DNA of 46,858 nucleotides, from contig ML002291.1 of NCBI GenBank assembly GCA_003614675.1, forward strand, positions 1 to 46,858, given 5' to 3'. Positions 35,426 to 46,858 of the stretch are shown here, one piece after another (position 1 is the stretch's first letter; each line of letters starts with the position of its first letter). Both the position numbers and the translations under genes were made by a program. The notes below the pieces were generated by a model, which did not search any database, was not told the origin of the DNA, and was given only the letters and a program-made list of their open reading frames with translations. The stretch comes from Dimargaris cristalligena. Taxonomy: Eukaryota.

Positions 35426-38400
35426 ACGGGCTTGGACTTTTAGTTCATATTTCCAACTCTCTTGCATCCCCGTGGGGATATAACCTTGTTACCTGTATCC
35501 ATCTGTGTTGACTGGTTGTGTTTTTCCTACCTAATCTCTCATTGTCCTCATTGTATGTTGTGGACATTTCCACCCAGTATTTACATTTATCTGTACCACT
35601 CTAATAAATTGCTTATTTGCATTTGAAATTTCTTTAAGAAATATGTAGTTAATGTTGTAGTGGGTAGCTTATGTGGGCTATGGTTCCAAAGGAGCACATT
35701 CCTGCTGCCCAGGTTTTAGACAGGAGGTGTACTGCTAGCACGAATCTCCCCCCCTCTCCCCTTCCAGCCCAAGTGCAAGCACCAATAGCCCCTGCAATAC
35801 ACAAACTCCGTTTAATGAACTAATGCCAGTTTTTATTGTTTGTATTTGTAGCGATACCTCAATCACAACCCCGTATTTAGCGGGGCAGTGCATTGCACCT
35901 TTTTATTCGCATGAGCATAGCCGCGAACATATGTCGGTTGGTTTAAGAAAGGGGGGTCTGGTAAATCAGAATGTAGTCGGTCGTATTCTAATTTCCACCC
36001 CTTCCGATGGGTTCGACTCCGTGCAGCAGAGACTGTAAAGCAGAGGAGGGAAAGTGTGTGAGGTGGACAGCACCCCATGTATTTGGGAATAAGTCCCCGC
36101 TAACATAAATGGGATGGGCATCACCCCCTAACTGGCCAATTAATACCCCCGTAAGTGAAGAGTGGGGCAAGGCTTAGTGTCCAAAATACCGTACGATATA
36201 CTTATATGCCCACTTTTAAGGATTATGTCACATGTCTACGAGGATTGAGGCTGAATTTGGTTCATGAACCGTTTGGCTCCGTTAAATATAGACTATATCG
36301 AAGCCAGCTTAATAGTTCAAATAGAGCTACATTTACCCATTCTTTGTAGTGAGTCGAAACATCCCAGCCAAAATTATAATCGAAGTGCCTTCTTGAATCA
36401 TTATTGGCCCAATGAACGCATCTTCCGTCTCCTCTGGTCAGCCGGTGCAGTTCGACAGGCCAATCTTAGGAAAACTTTGCGTGTATACTTATCTGCAGTC
36501 CAATGTCCATTTACAAAGAAATAGCAATCGATGGTGCGTCCTGAGTAGCCACCTATTGAAACCAGAAGGCAATTGCCCAGTTTAATATTGGTGCCAAAAA
36601 TAAGTACAGCCGGACAAACACGATACCTTTCTGGTAAAAACCAGGGGCTATAGAGGTCTTGTTCAAGCCCAATGGCGCTCTACAGCAGTATTCCTGGCAG
36701 ATTGAATACCACCATTTCCTCCCCGCTGGAACGCCTAGGCTGTTTGGGCGGATCACAAAACCAACTCATTTTACCGCACGCGGTCGCTAGTCGCCAAGTT
36801 AGGATGCCCCGCGTTGTTTGGGCAAACCAATCCCATCGATTCCTCTCTATCGTGTTGAACCAGTCAGTTTTCAGCACTGGGTCCGTATTCTATATTAACA
36901 GATTAAAAGCCAGCGTATAAGTGATAAGTATAGTTCCCTTGTACGGCTACACTTTACCTTACTTCATCCGCTTTTGTCTCCCCTTGCATTATCAAGTATT
37001 TATTTTTAGACGCCATTCCGGCCCCGTTTCTGGTGGTTTGATTACTGCAGATGACCCGCCACCAATTGTAAAGCCTTTGGAATCTATTTAAGCAAGGGGG
37101 GTAGAGGTGGCTGCTATTCAGGACTTTGGTTAATAGCAAAGGCGGCCCACCAAACCACAACTGTCGAAATTCACACGGGCTGCTAGACTATTGGGTTGTT
37201 ACTATTTTTCACCTCCAATACAACGAATATTCTTAAGTCCCTTTTATAGTATTGTAGACTTTAACTGGATTTCACTCATTCATCTTTACCAACCCCTCTC
37301 ATAATTGGTTTAATAAAATAGGCTAGGGGACAGTGGCCATGTAGAGGTCACCTTGCCAGAAAAAAAAAACATTATTTGACCCCTGTCAGCCAGTCGTGGC
37401 GGTTATTTCTGGTTATTGTTTAGACTAAAACACAATAGTGGAGCCCCCATAACCATTAAACACCCAGACCCCGTGTTTACATTCCACAGCCGGTTTAGCG
37501 GATGCAGCCTCTGCAATTACGTCGTCAATGGCTAAACCATTGCTATAAACGGAGTAATACAGTTTCAGGACCGTACTACTGTCGATTAAGCCGTGGACTA
37601 TCATATCCAGTATCGTTTTATCGTCATGTGCTTGCGTCGTCAAGGGGGTACAGTGTCATCTATGTCGGTATCCTTACTCACCTACGCCCCCGACTCCTGC
37701 CACCGAATGAGGTTATCGGGGGCCAGTTGCGGAGCTCCTTCGTCGGAGTAGACTTTTAGAACCGGTGAAGGCATATCGTGGACATGAGCCGGAGATTCAG
37801 GTCTGTTGTACCTGTAGTAACACAATTGTAGTTCCCACTTTAGTATTATTATATGTTACAGGAGTATAGGGGCAAGCTAACCAATTTTCTGGCTCCTTTT
37901 CTAGGTCGTGCAGCTGGTCCTAGCGGTTAATTAACCTACTTTACAGCCGACATTGATTTCATTAGGGGTTGCGGCTGAATGGACAGGGACCAGGTCCAGT
38001 ATGAATAGGATCCAAGATATAAACAAAAATCACCGCAATACCCGATTAATTTGCAGAGGGGTTGATAATCTCAGTAATGGACTGTGGGCCGATAATGCGA
38101 TGGCCAGGCTGATATCTGGGCCTTACCACCTTAAAGTTGGGTCAAGTCAATGGACGGAGGTACCGTGGAAGAATGAGTTGGTGGCAAAGGCCCTATTGAG
38201 GTCGTTTTCCCTTTAGCCCCTGGGGTACAACACGCGTTCGTGTACCGTGCCTGGGTAAATGGACCAGTGAATGCCTTATTTTAGCCGGTCCCTGCTTTGG
38301 TTTCCCCCCTCCCTTTTTCCTACAGTTCCGTCCCTTAGCTTCTCTGTCCTCCTTCTCGTCGCGGGTTCTTCCGTCGGGAACGAGTGAGAATAGTGGGGGG

Positions 38401-38725
38401 AAAGACTAGCGACTCTGTCATGCTAAAGAGCAACAAGGTGCGTGTCCATGTGAATATGGGCAAAAGGGATAAGTGTAGAATGAGAAGGGGGGGTCCACCA
38501 GTGAGGGGAAACCGAATAGTGGAAGCGAGGGGTAGACTTGAGTGTAATAGGCTAATGGACTGTTATGTTATTACAAAGCTGTAGCACATTTTTCGTGTCT
38601 CTTTTCGTTGAGAGCAAAGTTCCCAGCGGAAGCTATTCAAAGGGCGGGGCTATATTTCATTTTCCGTTGGGTAGAGTGCTTGGGGAGGGAAGGGGTTGGG
38701 GATGGGTTGAATGTGGTCAATAAAG

Positions 38726-38734
38726 TATAAATAC
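38726..38734 (+). promoter_or_regulatory. TATA box (TATAAATAC) of the second Kre9-like gene
   Basis: 230 nt upstream of the ATG; identical to the paralog's 9-mer. Confidence 0.55.
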
Positions 38735-38955
38735 TCCACCCCGCGCCTTGCAGTCGGTTATTCCACAGTTGCTACTAATTTGATACCCATCACCGTACAT
38801 TTCAATTTTTTCCATCCGGTTTTTCCGAAGCTACGATCATTACCCACGTCCCTTAATTCATTACGCCATTGTGACTTTCTTGTCCGTCTGCATCGATCAT
38901 CTAATATTCCTATCTACCCTAACCCACCTCGTACAGCACTCTCCAATAAGTTGAT

Positions 38956-39675
38956 ATGGTGACTCTTCGCTGCATCGCTTTTGGTCTTCTAGCCCTGGCC
39001 GGCACCACTTTGGCCGAGCTCCGCATTAGCCACCCCGTGGGGGATGATGCATGGACCATGGGCAAGACTCCCGCCATCTCCTGGTACGATGACGGCATCC
39101 CCCCCGTCACCACGCAACCCGAAATTGTGTTCTATCTGCATAGTGGCGACGCGGCCAACCTGCGCAACCTGGGCCAACTAGAATTCCGCCAAGTGGGCCC
39201 CAACCAAGTCGAAATCAACCCCGAAAGTCTGCCCGGCCCCGGCGTGTACTCCGTCAGCATTAACTACGACGGCAAGCGGGCCTACAGCCGATTCTTCTCC
39301 ATCTTCGCCGACCCGAACGAGACCTTGGTCCCGTCCCAGACCCCCTCCCAGTCTCAGTCCCAGTCCTCGACTGTGCCGACTACCACCCAGGCCTCCTCCC
39401 TCGCGTCGATGGCCTCTTCGACCGACTCGGCCTCCCACTCTACTGCCACCAAGACTGCCTCGGCCACGAGCATGGTGTCCGCTGTCTCCACCAAATCTGC
39501 CGCTCCCTCCTCCTCGTCCTCCAATATGTCGTTAGCCACTCGTTCTACCACCAAACACCCGCGCTCCACTCAGATTGCCGACGATGAAGACGACGATGGT
39601 GCCGCCTCCGGTGCTGCCGCTGTGAGTCTGGTAGCTCTGTCCGCCCTCTCGCTCAGCCTTTTGTATTTTTGCTAA
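38956..39675 (+). CDS. Ser/Thr-rich GPI-anchored cell-wall protein with Kre9/Knh1-like domain, paralog 2 (239 aa)
   Basis: Signal peptide MVTLRCIAFGLLALAGTTLA; 'SHPVGDDAWTMGKTPAISWYDD...LHSG...AYSRFFSI'; Ser/Thr stalk; GPI-type tail; AATAAA at 39844. Confidence 0.9.
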   Translation: MVTLRCIAFGLLALAGTTLAELRISHPVGDDAWTMGKTPAISWYDDGIPPVTTQPEIVFYLHSGDAANLRNLGQLEFRQVGPNQVEINPESLPGPGVYSVSINYDGKRAYSRFFSIFADPNETLVPSQTPSQSQSQSSTVPTTTQASSLASMASSTDSASHSTATKTASATSMVSAVSTKSAAPSSSSSNMSLATRSTTKHPRSTQIADDEDDDGAASGAAAVSLVALSALSLSLLYFC

Positions 39676-41662
39676 TTAGTTTAGCGCCACACCATGCTTA
39701 GCCCGGTTTAGTTTTTATATATATACCTGGCCTATACGACTAATAACCATGCGCTTATGACTTTTTTATATTGTTTTTATAATGAGATTTACACTGTGGC
39801 TACCCTGTTCAATTACCTTCGACTTGCTCTAAATACTAGTTTTAATAAAAAATAGCCAACCTCCTTAAGCCCGGCGAGTGGAATGGCCTACCACGGCATT
39901 ATTACTTACCTTCTTGTAAGCGCAGCATGTATCCTATTGAGCAATACTATAGGCGCTGCTGAGATCGATATTGTGCATATACCGATGCGCTCTAAGGGCG
40001 GCCGACCAACCTTTCCGCAATATATCAACATAATCAACTCTTACGGATTACACAACAGCCATTAACCCTTCTGGCGAGCGCAAACAAGCCAGCGGCATTA
40101 TTTGGCCAGGGGGATCTCAGAATCTAATAATATCATTTACGCACGAGGCTACATATAGGGGGGTGGGTGGAGGTTAGGGTGACGCTTTGAAGGGAAAAGG
40201 CGGAGTGGTGCTCTATTCGAAATGTCGAATTGTCAGGGCCCAACAAACGGTATTAGTCCATGGGGCCAAAACCCCCCTGCTTTACCAACTCGCCCCGCTC
40301 GCACCTGTACGCACACCAATCGCCACTAAAATAGCAGGCCGTGTTCCTCTGTTGAACCTGGTGGGTTACACTGTCAGAGTGCTGCTGACCCTGGTCGTTT
40401 AAGCCAGCCAATGTGCGGTCCGTACAACCCATTCGGAAACTCCCTTTGGCTTGCTAAGTATATCCCCCCCAACCGTTTTCGCTCAGGGGTTTTACCGCCC
40501 CTCTACTATGGGTGTGAATAGGTGTAATAATTAGAGAAAGGCGGAATCAGCTCGCCTTGTTCCAAGAGAGGGGAGGGTGGTGTTGTGTTTATTTTGAAAT
40601 TGGAGTGGTAGATACACCAGCGGCCATTAGTGCGCTCTTATTGTTATACTAAAATAGTTCGTTAGGTGTGCCGATAATTGCACTGGATATATTACAGTGG
40701 GTGCGGAGTTTTGCTTTTATTTTTGGCCACACCCCTGTCGGTATCCCTCTAGAAGCGGGATACTGTTTCGGCGGGTCTATTCCATCATTATCTTACAGTT
40801 GGGGTACTGTCCCAGTAGTGAAGTTTGTGAGTTTTTTCTACTCGCTTACCTTTCAGGCTATTTCTGTAAATAGCGCATTTCGTATTAGATCAGCCATGAC
40901 AAGTTTATTGTCGAGGCTTCAAGTCATCCCTTTCAACAAACCTATTTATATATACACCCACAGAACATACAGCTGACCTGCAAGAAACGATAAACAATTG
41001 TAGGAATCCAAAATTGGCACCATGCCCCTTACATTTGCGGCAACAAGCAATCAAAAAAAGGGCGCACCCCCCTTTGCCATCGAATTCTATGGAAAAAGTC
41101 TCATCAATCCAAAGTAGGTCATGCGGATAAAAATACCAGCGACTTTTATAAGGGGTCTATAATTGATTTTCCCAGCTGGGTAAACAATGTTTGATGAAAT
41201 ACAGACGCTGGGGTGCCTGCATTGGTTTTTTGTGGCTTCTTCCAAAACATCTGTGGGTGTGAGAAAGTGGCGAGTACACCAGGGAAAAAAAGTATATTTC
41301 CTGACATAGTATTTTCACCATACTATGCCAATATAATGGTGTGGTTTTAACCGACGCCAACTTCTGGTGTATAGAATATGCAAAAAACTTTTAATCGAGA
41401 CGGACTGACGAATACATCAATGGAGTAGTAAAGACAGAGTGGTAGTAAAATATTGGTATTCGTAACGCAAAAGATCGGTGGTTCTGGTACAATCATAGAG
41501 GGGCGAATTTGCCTTTCATTATAGAGTCGAAGTAGGGATGATGCACAAATCACTAATGTCATTTACCATAGAATAGCGAGCATATCCAATGCTAGTTAAT
41601 GTATATACGATTATATATATATATATAATGATAGTGGGCCAGGTTGATACCGTGTAGTGGCA

Positions 41663-43121
41663 TCAGTGCTCCGTAAAGTGGATCAAGTTGCACTCCTCTT
41701 CCACAAAGCGCATGATTTCGGTGTTGGTAAAATCGGGTTTCTCGAGCATCACTTGGTGGGCTACCTGGTGACCGACCACGATCCGGACCTGCTTCGTCCC
41801 CACACATTCTCTGATGGCGTAGGAGCACGGAACCGGGTGTATGGGATCGAATTCGCCGGGGATAAGCAGAAGCGGGCATGTAATGGCCCGGAAATCATCC
41901 GACCGCACCCAGGCCATCCCCAGCATAGTGCGTCGAAATACGCTGGTTCGGGAACTTTCATTCCAGAAAAGTTGGAGCTCTTTCAGCTCCGGGTCGGCCG
42001 TTTTGTAGACCATTCGTCGAACTGATGTTGATTCAGTCCCCCCATAACGATCCAGCATGCGGAATATCTCAATGATCCACTCGGGGAACTGGAGAAGGCG
42101 GGTGACGTGCGGTGGGTGGGTGACATCGCCCGGGGCGATTAAAACCATGCCCGCTACACTCGCCTGGATATGTGGGAATAGTTTGATGGCTAGGCAATTG
42201 CCGTAGGAGTGGGCTATAACGACGATCCGGTAATTGGTGTACGGGGCAATGCCCTCAATAATATCCTGAACCAGTGACTCGGTAGTATAGGCTTCCCAGC
42301 TACGGGTGGTAAACGCGATCATTTGCGTTATAAATATACAATTAAATAGTTATTAGATTTATAGGCCACAGTTTATCGACCTCACGCACTCTCCATCCCT
42401 CTCTCTCTCGTTATCAACTATGATATACCACATCAGACCATAGTTATGGGCATTTAAGGTCAAGAAAATAGATCAATGCCAAAGACATATACCCAATATA
42501 TTCAACGCAAAAGCAAACTAAAACTTACGATGATACTTCTTCACTTTCGCCGTGGCCGACCAAGTCCAATGCCAAAATATTGCCAACCTTTCGCAGGCGT
42601 TCCACTTGCTTTTCCCAAACGGCGATCCTGGACCCTACACCGTGCAGAAAGAAAAAAAGAGGGACGTCGGTACCGTCAGGGTGGGCGAGGTGTAGAATAC
42701 GGAGGCGTTTACCCCTGACCGTTTCGAACTGCGCATTTTCAGTAATAAGCGAGGGTTCTGTACCACAAACGACCCGGACGGTTTCATTAAAAAGTGGATA
42801 TGGATATAATACATAAGTGCTTTAATAAATTGCCAAAGCGACACCGACACCTAAGTCAGCTCATGGGGACCACCCCGCGCTAGAAAGCGACCCACAACAT
42901 GGTCTAGTCGTCGGAATCACAGTGTACAGCGGCGTTGAAAGTACATTATACTGCAACCTACCTGGAAACTGGGCCCGCCATCGTCGCCGAACACTCAGAT
43001 AGTCGACGGTGAAGCGCAGAGTCACTACGGTGATGATGGTAGCCCAGAATGCTACTATCCAGCCCTGGGCCGGTAAGTAAGGCTGAAGGGCAGGCCAGAT
43101 GGAGTAGAAGTGCGCAGTCAT
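41663..43121 (-). CDS. Alpha/beta-fold hydrolase (ABHD8-like) with N-terminal TM anchor, 3 exons, 341 aa
   Basis: Minus exons 43121-42962, 42757-42529, 42299-41663 (GTAGGT..CAG; GTAAGT..TAG), frame continuous (1026 nt). Exon 2 is absent from the ORF track and encodes FFLHGVG and ALDLVGHGES. Nucleophile AHSYG, acid GEFD, His AHQVMLE. Confidence 0.9.
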
Positions 43122-44699
43122 TGGCAAACAGGCGCTAGGGTATCTTGAGTCGGGAGGCCTGATGCCAAGACAAAGGATAGAATGGTGGAAACCGAACTAC
43201 TGTAATAAATAACTATAATAGAGAGCAGGGAATAGAAATGCGGTTGTTAGTTTGGAAATCCGACGATATAAACAGGTTCAATGCCCAGGCTCGGATGGTG
43301 CCAATTAGTGCCAAGACATGTCTGTGTATAACTGGGGCAGGGCTTTAACATTATTTGTGTCGGAGTTGATTGGCTGCCCTGTAACTGGCATAGTGAAGGC
43401 ACGAATCATTATCACTAGCTGAAAATTTAATTACCTAAAGTATAGATGGCTGTGGGGATGCGGGCAGTATTCTGACTGGCAGTTTAAAACAGCCATACGG
43501 CTAGGGGGCAATGGACCGACGGTATTCGAAAATGAATGAAAAAACGCATAAATAGCCCAATGTTAAATAGGCCAGTACAATAGGTTCTTACGGGTCCATT
43601 CAATAATCGCTGTAATAACGAAGCGGTGCCAACAATACTCACTACCAAGTCCATAGAACTAGAACACCGGTGTAGTTGGGCACCAGACTATACCAGCCAC
43701 TTGTAATGCAAGTCGATTTGGTACGAAAGTGGGAGCCGTGGCAATAGTAGGTCGGACTGAGGTACTTACCGGTACAACCGAATTCGACGATCAGCGGGAA
43801 TGCGAAGAGGCCGGTCAGAGAGCGTAGGCCTGAATAATAAAACCAGTATAGCAATGTTTCGTTATTGACAATCACCCGCGGAATAGGCCAGCGAATCGAT
43901 TTAGACACGGATATTGTAGAGGCGAGTAAAGGGTTGGAATGGGGGCAAACAACGGGCGTAGTATATTTCAGAAGATTCTTTTTGGAAAACGGATAAAGCA
44001 GTTTAGGGGTACGTAATACCAGTTACAATAAAGGCGAATTCAGAATAAATAGTAGGTGGAGAAATGTAAACCTTCGCCAAAAACCCATGGAGAAACGTCG
44101 GTTAATATATTAATTCAACACATAGGTCAGCAAAGGCGGGTCCACTAGCACCACTGAGGTATATAAAGGGGTCAACAAATATGTGAAAGAGCAGAATTAT
44201 CTGTACTCGTCTGACGAAATGGCACTACCAGGAAGTGCGGGTGTCTGCAGCCCGGAAAAACATCAGTCCCCGAGACCTTCCATGGCGGAGTTGGTTAAAA
44301 AGGTTTTCCCCGCTTGCTTTAGCTGATCAACCGAAAACGAAAAAGGGCGAGGGATGACAGCGTCACCCCGTAGTATTGACAAGGACTATAGTGGTAACCC
44401 GATTAAATGAACGATATATAGAAATGATCCCCCCCGTTAATGGCAAATACGGGTGATTAGGGTGAAAAAATGTAGCAGTATATAGACGAATAATTGTAAT
44501 TGATCCAACCGTACTCTCCTAATCCCCTCTTCATCAACTTGAGCACCTTGGGGCTGATCAGATGGGACAATCGAGGTGACGGAAATACACTGCCTACTAA
44601 AGCGCCTTGGTCGTGCACAAGAAATTATCCCGCTTTCGGGCAATGTCTATGGGGCTATTCGGCCCACCCCCATTGAACCAATATGGCCTGACTGGGTCC

Positions 44700-45594
44700 T
44701 GGGATTTACCGCTGTTCATTAAAGTCTCCTTGAATGGGGTTTGGCCTTTGGGGAGCAAGTGGAAGCAGCCACCCCGTTACTCCGCATCTTTCTAGGTCTT
44801 CCCACATCACACTCGGTTGGATGGGTCATGAAAATCACTCGACCCCAATCTTAAATCCCCATCAAACGAAATACAGCCTGGTTACATTGTCCGTCAAGCT
44901 CCCTAATATGTGTATGGCTTATCAGGCAGTGGGGGTACGCAGGTCACAGGTAGGGGCTCGGGAGTACAGAGGGCGTTAGGGCTTCCTACCACCGGGAGGT
45001 TAGGAACAAAGGGTTAATAACAATAGGATACTAAATAATACTAACATACTGATACTAAATGAACCTTACCAAGAAACTAGGGTTGTAATTGGCTACTTTA
45101 TTAATGGATTGGTAGTTCTGCTGGTATTTATACTATGGCATAAATAGAAAGAGTTACTGTTAGATGGCAAATGTCAGCAATAGTGGCTGGAGGTTAACAT
45201 GGTTACTTCAGGTACAATCTATTATCCCACAATGAGTCATTGAAATAGTAATCTAGCTGAAGTATGATTTGCATGTAAGTTAAGTTGGAGTGCAGGAGAT
45301 TGGGGATCATGAGTCAAGTATAGATAGATTGTGGGTTCAGAGTCCTCATCTTTGTCAGGATATTGGAGAGGATCATGAGCTAGAGTAGTCACATGGTGAA
45401 TATGAACTAGGCAGTTTTGATGAATATGTACTACCTGGGACATCCGGCCTATTGTTAGCAGCCTTTGGGATTCACAAGGAGGCAGTGGCCTCCTTATCAA
45501 CATGGCCTGAAGTTGTGGTGGCCAGCTCCCTGGTGGCAGAAGACGGGAGGTTCACAGAGTGGGATGAGACCAGGGCAGAATTGGACATTGACAT
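44700..45594 (-). pseudogene. Degenerate intron-containing gene relic (Ser/Arg-rich N-terminus); identity unknown, 3' limit approximate
   Basis: ccaccATG at 45594 after a C/T-rich leader. The frame MSMSNSALVSSHSVNLPSSATRE... is broken by stops, the first six all TGA. Intron-like segment 45069-44986 has GTAAGG, CTAAC and TAG. The part above ~45000 lies in the CpG-depleted domain. Confidence 0.5.
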
Positions 45595-46663
45595 GGTGGG
45601 TTTTCAGAGGGGGTGGGTGGTCAGTGGATTAGATGGAGGATGGGGGGAGGATATAACGAGTGACACAAGAGTTTTATTGAAAATAAATATAAGAAACAGT
45701 GGTGTTAAACAATAAGAAATAATTAATAAAAAAATTGGGACTGAGTTCAAGGAATTGTGGAATTTGAGTTTGAAATAAAATGAGTGATGATTGATTTTTC
45801 AAATAAGTGGGAATTCACTGGTTACTTATGTAGCCATCCCGAGGGCCTTAGGGGCCACTAGGTGCAAGAAAAAAGATGTAGAGAAAGGTCAAGAAATGGA
45901 ACAAGATGGAATAACTGAGAATCTGCCAAAAAATAGGTCAGTCTTTTAGAAGCAAGGAAAAAACGGCAGGCTTTTTAATGCAAACCACAAGTATAAAGGA
46001 ATGAATAATATTTTTATTAGCTTTTGTGTATACCACAGTGTAGGTGGTATATATATATATATAGATTTTCATAGGTAAATGGTGGGAATGATACTGCCAT
46101 TGCATATCACGGCATATTCCACCCTCTGACAATGAGGACTGGCTACCCATAGTCCAGGGATAAGTGCCGACCTCCAGATGGCACTACAAATACACCTGCC
46201 AGAGGGGATATGATCCACATCCTTAAGCCTGTAAATATGATTTGAGCTGGCCCCAATAATATAATAGGTTCCAACAAAGGTATTTTGTAAGGCACTGGTC
46301 TTGTGAATTTACTTTTTAACTCTCTGGCCAATGAATCACAACTCATCGGCCTTGGGGTGTTTGGTTTAATTACAGGAAGCTCTATGGGCTTGTTTGTACA
46401 AGATGTTCTATTGGGCCACTTAGTATACTTCTTTAAGGATTTTATTTAACACTAGGGAGATTCAAGTGGGGGATGCCATGGGGTATGCAAGTTTGACAGG
46501 TAGGCACAGGAGGTGGCCATACATTAGCAAGAATGGTTTCTTGCAAGTAGTTTCATATATAAACATTTAAAATACAAAGAGGGCACCATGGAGGTGTGGT
46601 AAACTTACCACATTTTTTACTTACTTTTATTTTTAATCCATTTTTTCACACTTATTGGAAGTA

Positions 46664-46847
46664 CACCCCTGACGAGTGAATGAGCCCCTGCCCCTGCCCC
46701 TGATGAGTATAGTCATTTTCCCTCCATTTTCATTATTATATTATTTTTTCTATTATTATATTTTATACCCTTAACTGTGATGCACCCCTGTCCCTGACCG
46801 GACGATACCCCTGTATTCACACTGCCCCTGGCCCGACTGCACCCCTG
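46664..46847. repeat. Cluster of eight same-orientation CCCCTG motifs (three as CACCCCTG)
   Basis: CCCCTG starts at 46666, 46685, 46691, 46697, 46785, 46808, 46825 and 46842. Confidence 0.8.
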
Positions 46848-46858
46848 TTCAAAGAATA

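Noticed and set aside
35932-36030. tRNA gene suggested by GGTTCGACTCC
   Set aside because: Acceptor and T stems do not pair; no cloverleaf.
37425-37785. Protein-like minus-strand fragments between the Kre9-like genes
   Set aside because: Short, broken frames with no recognisable family; would need BLASTx support.
45307-45474. In-frame TGA codons as selenocysteine or a recoded stop
   Set aside because: Six TGAs in low-complexity sequence followed by TAA/TAG stops in a CpG-depleted zone. TGA is a normal stop in gephyrin and the hydrolase, so deamination explains it better.

Overview
Eukaryotic genomic DNA, with spliceosomal GT-AG introns, TATA boxes, AATAAA signals and microsatellites. It is most likely fungal; an early-diverging lineage is my inference and is unconfirmed. 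Nine protein-coding genes are supported: a TMEM19/DUF92 membrane protein, a 725-aa low-complexity coiled-coil protein, a 3-exon USP12/46/CreB-type deubiquitinase, a 4-exon gephyrin/CnxE molybdenum insertase, an 83-aa hydrophilic protein, a 547-aa unrecognised membrane protein, two tandem Kre9/Knh1-like GPI-anchored wall proteins, and a 3-exon alpha/beta hydrolase. Two signals stand out. (1) A candidate minus-strand transcription unit at about 1.26-3.03 kb: a TATA box, about 1 kb with no AUG at all, then a strong-context 38-aa Cys/Pro-rich micro-ORF below the ORF-track cut-off, next to an ~8.5-kb gene-free region. (2) A sharply CpG-depleted domain at the right end containing an intron-bearing gene relic whose first six in-frame stops are all TGA, consistent with CGA>TGA decay, followed by a cluster of CCCCTG repeats. 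I found no rRNA, tRNA, CRISPR array or intact transposon ORF.
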